The notes under the pieces: generated by a model
Told to the model about the DNA's origin: nothing
Databases searched by the model: none
Seen by the model: only the letters and a program-made list of their open reading frames with translations
Position numbers and translations under genes: made by a program
Shown: piece by piece, positions 55,910-64,000 of the stretch
How positions within the stretch are numbered: position 1 is the first letter of the stretch
How the letters are laid out: the number at the start of each line of letters is the position of its first letter
DNA from: Eledone cirrhosa
Lineage: Eukaryota
Length of the DNA: 64,000 nt
Assembly: GCA_964016885.1 (NCBI GenBank)
Contig: OZ024741.1
Span: forward strand, 175,956,001-176,020,000
Direction: 5' to 3'

Positions 55910-56500
55910 TTGTTACAAATGGAGTCGATTCCTCCACTTACCTGGGAAGCTCGGTCAACTGAAAGAAATTAATTCCAGAATAAGCAAAGGGTAGGCTGCC
56001 TTTAAGCAATCCAATATGATCTAGAGAAGCAAGAAACATTTATTTTGATAACAAAATGAGATTTTACCACATGAATATCCTTCTATACGGGTGCGAAATG
56101 TGAAGTGAGAAAACCAACCAAGAGAACCAATCAGAAACTCTTGACACCAAACGCCTATGCAAAACCCTTGACATCGGGTGGAGACCTACATCACCAACAA
56201 AAAAGTGCGTCAACGAACCCACCTACGACATGCGTCTAACATCATATATAAGCGTCGGCTTCACTGATTTAGACACGTCGTACGACTCGCAAGTGCGAGT
56301 CAGGCTAGTCAGGTCCATCACCACGGACAAAGGCGAAGAGGACGTCCCAAAATGAATTGGGGGCTGACAAAGGACAGGGTCCTGAAACCCGCCATCACAA
56401 GTTGGTACAATGTATTGATAGATACAACTGACCGTGGTCATTGGAGCAATTTGGCTGCCTCACGCTGCCAAGACGCAGGCTCAAGACGCTGGAGCTTCAA
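55910..56500 (+). pseudogene. RTE-clade LINE C-terminal relic
   Basis: STYLGS, INSRISKG*AAFKQ, ILLYGCEM, KRRLH*FRHVVR. Confidence 0.75.
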
Positions 56501-56827
56501 AGTCTCAGAAAGTAAGAATCGAACCCACAACTCTTATTTTCGTGATAAGTATACTTTACCGATTACACCAACGCACGGGAAAATATCGATTTCCACGCAT
56601 GCTAATGGAAATTTCTTTTCTGTTATGGAGGTTCATATGTTCTAATGCACTATTTTCTGTAAACAATTTACGGTGAACACTTGTAATTCTATTTACAAAA
56701 ATATTAATCGCCACCATATCCTAATTCACATGTGCTTATATATCTACATATTTATATATTAATATATGTACCGAGAGAGAGAGAAAGAGAGATAGACAGA
56801 CACAGACAGACAGAGACAGACAGACAG

Positions 56828-56901
<74 letters not shown>

Positions 56902-57116
56902 TTATGATATGTAGGTATGCGCCTGCTAGAAAGTAAGATAAGGAAATAATATGAGTGAGTGTATATATATATGTATATATAAAATATGTAGTTTAGAAAG
57001 CCACAACAATGCAGATGGGAAATCTCGAGGTCAGAAGTGAGTGAGAAATAGGAGAAAAGTGAAAATGAAAATGAAAACAAAACAAAGGTAGAAGGTTTAC
57101 CGTAGTGGAGATTTAA

Positions 57117-57152
57117 TCCCAATATTTCGGGCTCACGCCCATCAACGGGGGA
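57117..57152 (-). ncRNA. Hammerhead-like variant (CCGUUGA core) in the pLTR
   Basis: tccc CCGTTGA t gggc gtga gccc GAAA ta TT ggga. Confidence 0.6.
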
Positions 57153-57591
57153 AAGTTCCAAAAGGGGGGGGGGGGCAGGCTAAGCCGGAGAAAGTTGTAT
57201 TGTCGTTAAAACATAGGAATGCCGTTATGGGGAAAATTCAAACGAGGGAAAGAATGCGCGTGCGGTGATAGGATGTGGCAAAAGCTACTGACCAATTGGG
57301 TTAAATCAATAGGGTGCGCTAGCGTGTGAAAGCCGTAAAATATGTGTGTGTAAATATATATGTGTGTGTAACTGTGTGTGTATATGTGTATGTGTGTATG
57401 TATGTGAGTGTGTGTGTGTGAAAGATAGTGGGCCGTAGAAGCTGGAAAACAAAGAGTGTGAAAGGTGGTAGGTTGTATAAACATGTGTGCGTGTATAAAT
57501 ATAGATGTGTGTGTGTATGTGTATGGGTATACATATAAGTGCGTGTGTGTGAGAGATAGTAGGTCGTAGGGGTTGTTACTGGTCACTATGG

Positions 57592-58677
57592 TTAAATTAG
57601 CCATGTCAGCTCATTTCTCTCAGCCCGGTTGTTAAGTGGGGGTCTGAGGTTCTTAATAACAAGTGCTTCCTTTATCCTTAAGGATCCGATGCTGCGTTCA
57701 GTCGCTAGGACTGTGACCAAGGGTCTGCCCTGTGGGTTTCCGCATTTAAGGATGTGTTTACGGAAGGAAGATGCGTTGGTGTTGACATGTTCCTTGATAC
57801 GAACATGTAGGGGTCGGATGGTGCTACCTATGTAGAACTTGTTACATTTATCGCATTGAATCTTATATACAACATAGGTGCGTAGGCAATCTGCCCCCCG
57901 TATCGGGCAGTTGCTGAGGGAACACGTCCCATCTGACTCGTCGGGTTTGTTGGAGAGGCATCTTCGGAGCGAAGGTCCTGTGTGGGCCAAATGTATGTCA
58001 AGTCCTTCCCTCCGTATGGCCCTGCGGATGGCGTTCGTGGTATATTCACTCAGGTGGGGGATTTTAAAGAAGCACCTGCTTTTATCTAAGTTTCTAGTGG
58101 GTGTCTGTCTATTGGGTCTGGGGTCTCTAATTCCGTTAATCAGTCGCTTGGGATATCCATTAGACTTGAGTAGATTACGGAATTGCGTGGTATGGGTAAG
58201 ACCACCCATCGGGTCGCTGCATCTATTAGTGATCCGTGTAAGTTCATTTAGGACATAGCCTCTCTTAGCGTTGTTGGGGAGGGCTGAGTTGTAATGCACA
58301 AATAAGTCCTTGCACGCTGCCTTGCGGTAGAAGGTGGTGTTTATGTCTCCTTCTTCCGAGATGTTGATACGGAAGTCGAGGAGGGCGAGTGACCCGTCTT
58401 CTCCAGGGTGTTCGATGGTGAAATCGACGTGATGGTCAGTGTCGTTGAAGATTTGGTGAATTTCATTCGCCATCTCCCGGGAAGAAGTGAGTATCAGTAT
58501 GTCATCGACGTATCTGGAGTAGAAGGCGACGGCGTTGGGTTGGCAGGTGTTGAGTGCCTTGCGTTCCAGGTGGTCCATGTACGAGATCGCAAGTATGCCG
58601 GACAGACTAGAGCCCATAGGCAGCCCAGAGATCTGTTTGTACGTGTGGCCGAGGAAATTGAAGAATGCATTATCCAC
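57592..58677 (-). CDS. Penelope-like RT plus GIY-YIG endonuclease (frame extends to ~58940 across one TGA at 58747-58749)
   Basis: SLDVVALYTSVP upstream; QISGLPMGSSLSG, SRYVDDI, FYRK, VVYKIQCDKCNKFYIGST..RIKEH..IKEALVI..P.LN. Confidence 0.93.
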   Translation of the reverse strand: MDNAFFNFLGHTYKQISGLPMGSSLSGILAISYMDHLERKALNTCQPNAVAFYSRYVDDILILTSSREMANEIHQIFNDTDHHVDFTIEHPGEDGSLALLDFRINISEEGDINTTFYRKAACKDLFVHYNSALPNNAKRGYVLNELTRITNRCSDPMGGLTHTTQFRNLLKSNGYPKRLINGIRDPRPNRQTPTRNLDKSRCFFKIPHLSEYTTNAIRRAIRREGLDIHLAHTGPSLRRCLSNKPDESDGTCSLSNCPIRGADCLRTYVVYKIQCDKCNKFYIGSTIRPLHVRIKEHVNTNASSFRKHILKCGNPQGRPLVTVLATERSIGSLRIKEALVIKNLRPPLNNRAERNELTWLI

Positions 58678-59096
58678 AACGAAGGAGAGGAGTTGGTGGA
58701 TGTCCGTGTGTGTGAGTCCGAAGCAGTGTAAGTTAGATGCTCGGACTCATTCGGTCAACAGGTCGGCGGCTGGGGATGCTGGTACGGAGGTATAAAGGGC
58801 GACCACATCAAGACTGAAGGCATATCCGTTGTCCTTTCTGGTGTTGGGCGCCAGATGGTGTAGTCGCTCCAACAACTCCTTTGAGCTGCAGACGTGGGCT
58901 GGTAGTGTGTGTATAATGGGTTTCAGTAGTGTATATACACACTACGTGAGAAATGTGTAAGGGATGAAAGGAGATAAGGAAAGGTAGATAACAGATAGTC
59001 GAGGTTCTGGATGGTACGAGTGTCTGTACACACTCACATAGATATTATAAGATGAAACAAACTTTTTTCTATATTATATATGTATTATGTAAAACA

Positions 59097-59262
59097 TGGT
59101 AGAGCGTCAGACACCATGTTTTGCAGCATAGTTATGGCCCTTTGCGTTCTGAGTTCAAATACGCCGAGGTTAACTTTGCCATTCATTCTTAAGAGGTAGA
59201 TAAAATAAAGTACCAGTGGTGCACTGGGGTAAATCGGTGGTCTTGTGCCAAAAGTAGAAACT
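59097..59262 (+). mobile_element. tRNA-SINE family A
   Basis: ggtagagcgtcagac..gagttcaaatacgccgaggttaactttgcc. Confidence 0.82.
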
Positions 59263-59343
59263 CCATATTATATGTATATTATATATACATACGGTGTGCG
59301 TCATCTACTCATAAGCATACATTTCGTACATATAACACACTCA

Positions 59344-59420
<77 letters not shown>

Positions 59421-59421
59421 A

Positions 59422-59462
<41 letters not shown>

Positions 59463-59476
59463 GTTTGTAAAATGTA

Positions 59477-59524
<48 letters not shown>

Positions 59525-59640
59525 TCGTTTGTGTGCGTGTGTGTCCCTTGGTCTACGGTTCAGAAATGTACGTGTATATGACGGAAGTGCTTGATAGTGA
59601 TACTTCAAGGGGAAGAGATAGAGATAGATAGAAAGATGAT

Positions 59641-59676
<36 letters not shown>

Positions 59677-59687
59677 GGGGAGAGAGG

Positions 59688-59718
<31 letters not shown>

Positions 59719-60018
59719 GGAGAGGGAGAGAGAGAGAGGGAGAGGACAGTGAAGGGGATGAGAGTGCAGGAAGGTAGATTAATACCTATATATATCGACA
59801 TCAACTGATAATATACTTTTGTGAGGTATGCCATACAATATTGATTCGAAATTCTCATATACAGTGATTGCAGCTGATGAAACAATTCCATCTCACTTTT
59901 CAAACCTACCCTGCAGCGTACAGGTAATCAGAGCGAATGACAACCGCCCTGTAAAAGTACACGATCAACAAGCACACATATACACATATAGATTCACATG
60001 TATATGCATATATAATCA

Positions 60019-60089
<71 letters not shown>

Positions 60090-60199
60090 TGTAATGTACA
60101 TAGTTTCCGTTTGATTGTCTTTTCGCTTCAGGGACGCTTCCTATCTGTGTGCTTGAATGCATGCATAAAACACACACACACGCACACACACATATGCAG

Positions 60200-60290
<91 letters not shown>

Positions 60291-60392
60291 TATAAATATA
60301 TATATATATAATATATATATATAAATATATATATATATAATATATATATATAAATATATATATAATATATATATATATAAATATATATATAT

Positions 60393-60424
<32 letters not shown>

Positions 60425-60994
60425 ATATATATATATATATATAAATATATATGTATATATGTAATAGATATTAATAATATATATATATATTTATAATATT
60501 AACGATAAGGAGCAGGAACGAAGTATAAATATAACATACACTATATATGTCGATATATATATGTGTGTGTAAACAATACTTAATAGAAAATATATGGACC
60601 CTCATGAAAGACGAAGATAAAATTATTACATTCGATTCAACTTTTATGATTTTATGTCGAATATTCAATTCGTCACTAGAAATTTTTCGAACACATATTG
60701 TTTCTTTTTTACATATAGCTGCCCTCTCTACCACTAACTGTTCATCTCTGAAATAAATGTGGAAACCATTTTTGGTGTCCACTCGCTAGTTTCTTTTATT
60801 AAATATCTGTGAACCAAAGAAGACTCGTACAGATGAACCAAGAGTTGATCTATTGATACAGGAGATGACGAAGGTGTGGTGTGACAAGTTGTGAGACGGA
60901 AACGTTGAAACTGAGCTTCCTCGTCTGCCAGCCCTGTAATGGGGACGGAAAAAGTATTCATCACGAAGATGAAGATGATGGAACAATCACACAT

Positions 60995-61176
60995 AATTGT
61001 TTCTACGTTAGGCACAAAGCCAGCAAATACCCAGTGCATTACTGGTACTTTATTTTATCGACCTAGTAAGGATGAAAGGCAAAGTTAACCTTGGCGGGAT
61101 TTGAACTCAGAATGGCAAGGGCCGTAACTCTGTGCGTCAAAGCATGGCGCCCGACCCTCTACCGATACTGCCAATC
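60995..61176 (-). mobile_element. tRNA-SINE family A
   Basis: Reverse complement of 50868-51052. Confidence 0.87.
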
Positions 61177-61184
61177 ATAGAATA

Positions 61185-61425
61185 CACACGTTCTAGAAGG
61201 AACCATCGTCAATACATACATATAGACAATATTGAACATGCACTAGAAAGGCCCATAGTAAAAAGGTTGACACACTCTAGAAAGATCCAGTCAAAATGTT
61301 TATAACCTCTAGAAAGACCTTTTGTCAAAATGTGGGCACGCACTAGAAAGACATATCGTCAAACAGTAGATTCGATCTAGATGTATCTATCGTTAAAATG
61401 TGAACACACTCTAGAAGGACATATG
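61185..61425. repeat. Degenerate ~37-bp minisatellite
   Basis: Recurring cacactctagaaagac..cgtcaaaatg. Confidence 0.7.
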
Positions 61426-61574
61426 TGCAATTGTCCATAATATAACGAAAAGTTGACGAAACGTTGCTACATAAAGATAATTATTTAATCGGTATTGAAC
61501 ACTCTTTCTCGCGTTTATCAATACTAAACGTATATATATATGTATATATATGTATATATATGTATATATATGTA

Positions 61575-62063
61575 TAAAATATGTAGTTTAGAAAGCCACA
61601 ACAATGCAGATGGGAAATCTCGAGGTAAGAAGTGAGTGAGAAATAGGAGAATAGTGAAAATTGAGAGAAACGAAAATGAAAACAAAACAAAGGTAGAAGG
61701 GTTACCGTAGTGGAGATTTAATCCTAATATTTCGGGCTCACGCCCATCAACGGGGGAAAGTTCCAAAAGGGGGGGAACAGGCTAAGCCGGAGAAAGTTGT
61801 ATTGTCGTTAAAACATAGGAATGCCGTTATGGGGAAAATTCAAACGAGGGAAAGAATGCGCGTGTGCGTGATATATGGGATTAAATCTCTACTACGGTAA
61901 CCCTTCTACCTTTGTTTTGTTTTCATTTTCGTTTCTCTCAATTTTCTCTATTCTCCTATTTCTCACTCACTTCTTACCTCGAGATTTCCCATCTGCATTG
62001 TTGTGGCCGTCTAAACTACATATTTTACACATTTCGCAATGCTTCAAGCAAACTTTAACACCC

Positions 62064-62065
<2 letters not shown>
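61575..62065. mobile_element. Solo pLTR insertion of the 57-59 kb PLE family, with an inverted arm
   Basis: 61575-61865 matches 56980-57262; 61877-62027 is its inverted copy; (TA)n flanks. Confidence 0.88.
61722..61757 (-). ncRNA. Hammerhead-like CCGUUGA variant, copy 2
   Basis: Same core as 57117-57152. Confidence 0.55.
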
Positions 62066-62131
<66 letters not shown>

Positions 62132-62136
62132 ATATA

Positions 62137-62167
<31 letters not shown>

Positions 62168-62174
62168 TATAGAT

Positions 62175-62336
62175 GTATAAAAAAGGTGTGGTAACATACC
62201 AAGTGGACCATAATGCACCAGAGTACTCGATACTTAGAGTAGTAGAGTGGGTAATAGGAAAAGAGTGAGGACCACGTTCGGATCTAGCAGTCGAAACGGC
62301 CGAAGGTCAGCCGTCAGGGTCCTGACTCTTTTCCTA

Positions 62337-62340
<4 letters not shown>
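62175..62340. mobile_element. Short inverted-arm insertion with the 3' half of a hammerhead
   Basis: ctagcagtc GAAA cggc..gccg TC agggtcctgactcttttcc; same family as 32458-32630. Confidence 0.65.
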
Positions 62341-62384
<44 letters not shown>

Positions 62385-62453
62385 TATGAAGAGAGAGGAA
62401 ACATTTAGATATAATTAGTAATAAAATGTATCATACCTAAACTGTTCCTAAAT

Positions 62454-62541
62454 TCCTCGACTACGTAGTTTCGTGGCATAAACAAAAACAATATATCAAA
62501 GATATAGAGTCCTTGCGAGGTCTGCCGACTTATCAAGAGGA
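62454..62541 (-). ncRNA. Type I hammerhead, U3-A8 variant (copy 1)
   Basis: tcctc TTGATAA gtcggca..tgccac GAAA ctacgtag TC gagga. Confidence 0.82.
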
Positions 62542-63044
62542 TACCTCATTTTACTAGTCTCAAGAACGCGTCTACACGACGTGAGAAAGAATCCCAAAAG
62601 GCGGAGGGGGAGACAGTCACGCGATATAACGGTCGAGAAACAGAGCTAAGCCTCTTATAACCACGAAGAAAATACCACGGAGGCGGAGGGGGTATTCATA
62701 TCGAGGCCGTAGAAGAGGTAGTGAAGAAGGCGAGAAGTATGAGTAATGGAAGCTTTCCAGTTGTCCCCACACTTCAAAGATTGCTCGACCAGAGGGAGTT
62801 ATTAATATATTTAGAAACACACAGATACATGCGGACACACACATATATACATGAATGCATCCGCACCCAACTGTGAGTTAAGGGTGCCAACTTCACCGAT
62901 GTTGCTCAATGAATGACTGGGACAGACCAATTCAGTTTGAACCAGACTGAACCAGTATCAGAGTTAAAAATACATTATGAAGAGAGAGGAAACATTTAGA
63001 TATAATTAGTAATAAAATGTATCATACCTAAACTGTTCCTAAAT

Positions 63045-63132
63045 TCCTCGACTACGTAGTTTCGTGGCATAAACAAAAACAATATATCAAAGATATAGAG
63101 TCCTTGCGAGGTCTGCCGACTTATCAAGAGGA
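63045..63132 (-). ncRNA. Type I hammerhead, U3-A8 variant (copy 2)
   Basis: Identical motif 591 nt from copy 1. Confidence 0.82.
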
Positions 63133-63471
63133 TACCTCATTTTACTAGTCTCAAGAACGCGTCTACACGACGTGAGAAAGAATCCCAAAAGGCGGAGAGG
63201 GAGACAGTCACGCGATATAACGGTCGAGAAACAGAGCTAAGCCTCTTATAACCACGAAGAAAATACCACGGAGGCGGAGGGGGTATTCATATCGAGGCCG
63301 TAGAAGAGGTAGTGAAGAAGGCGAGAAGTATGAGTAATGGAAGCTTTCCAGTTGTCCCCACACTTCAAAGATTGCTCGACCAGAGGGAGTTATTAATATA
63401 TTTAGAAACACACAGATACATGCGGACACACACATATATACATGAATGCATCCGCACCCAATATATATATA

Positions 63472-63917
63472 TAAAGAATTAATATCTAGTAACATATATA
63501 TATGTTACTAGATATTAATTCTTTATAATTATCTCCAAATTATTTGTCGAGCAATATTGGCCAGGACTGCTGCCATGGCAGCAGGCAGGCCGCTGTCTTC
63601 TTAACAAACCACTTTCCACTGATTGACCTCGATGTCACGTGATTGATTCTTTTTGAATTGCCACCGACGCAGTAGGCAGTGATTTTCTCAATGGCTAGGA
63701 ATTCAGTCCACGCTTTGCTATTTTCTATCCACTGAATTATTTTTGTATAAGTTTCCAGAGTCCACGCTTTGACTGGATACTTAGCTGAGAATAGACTTCC
63801 CTGACGACGAAATGATTCTCTATATTTTCTTCGGAAAGTATATTTATTCCATTTCAGAAACTAATTAGTTGGGAGCGAAATTTTAGTAAGTTAATTTTAT
63901 AATTTTCTTATTTTACG

Positions 63918-63923
<6 letters not shown>
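63472..63923 (+). mobile_element. Diverged relative of the 540-nt retrozyme-like family
   Basis: Shares atctccaaattattt, gtcacgtgattgattc, ttagctgagaatagact and the 3' end with 31369-32412; starts with a ~54-nt palindrome. Confidence 0.8.
63796..63875 (+). ncRNA. Type I hammerhead
   Basis: cttcc CTGACGA cgaaatg..catttca GAAA ctaattag TT gggag. Confidence 0.8.
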
Positions 63924-63955
<32 letters not shown>

Positions 63956-64000
63956 ACAGTCGATTGACCAGATCTGAGACCTCGTCAACTCATACTCGGG

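Larger units (their letters stand above)
56975..58945 (-). mobile_element. Penelope-like element, 5'-truncated, with 3' UTR/pLTR
   Basis: RT and GIY-YIG ORF plus ~600 nt tail whose last ~290 nt recur at 61575-61865. Confidence 0.92.
62380..63461 (-). mobile_element. Retrozyme-like tandem (591 nt period, ~1.8 copies)
   Basis: 62380-62870 nearly identical to 62971-63461; (TA)n flanks; one hammerhead per unit. Confidence 0.88.

Noticed and set aside
58747-58749. In-frame TGA in the PLE RT as a possible selenocysteine codon
   Set aside because: It is not at an evident conserved Cys position, CGA to TGA decay is simpler, and no SECIS was recognised.
62617-63495. Duplicated 75 and 95 aa ORFs in the 591-nt repeat
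   Set aside because: They start in microsatellite-like sequence, have no domain similarity, and are duplicated only because the unit is.

Overview
AT-rich, microsatellite-saturated animal genomic DNA. The SINE families and repeat landscape are most consistent with an octopus or other cephalopod, which is an inference. No host protein-coding gene could be supported, and most ORF-track entries are microsatellite artefacts. The window is almost entirely mobile DNA. (1) A ~9 kb pile (20.4-29.4 kb) of eight retroelement insertions, each separated by (TATG)n. It includes a near-intact 4.2 kb R4/Dong-type RLE retrotransposon and non-autonomous RTE-derived elements. (2) Penelope-like elements (RT and GIY-YIG), plus relics of HERO, CRE, RTE, Helitron, Chapaev3, Tc1/mariner and hAT elements and many tRNA-SINEs. 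(3) The main hidden signal is about 16 type I hammerhead ribozyme motifs folded by eye, from about 10 unrelated families. Many sit in non-coding 428-591 nt units arranged as partial tandem and/or inverted arrays inside (TA)n tracts, a retrozyme or non-autonomous Penelope-like architecture. Several carry non-canonical cores: a U3-A8 compensatory pair, CCGUUGA, CCGAUGA, and a C.A at the base of stem II with covarying stems. All folds and family assignments were made by eye, and element boundaries are approximate.
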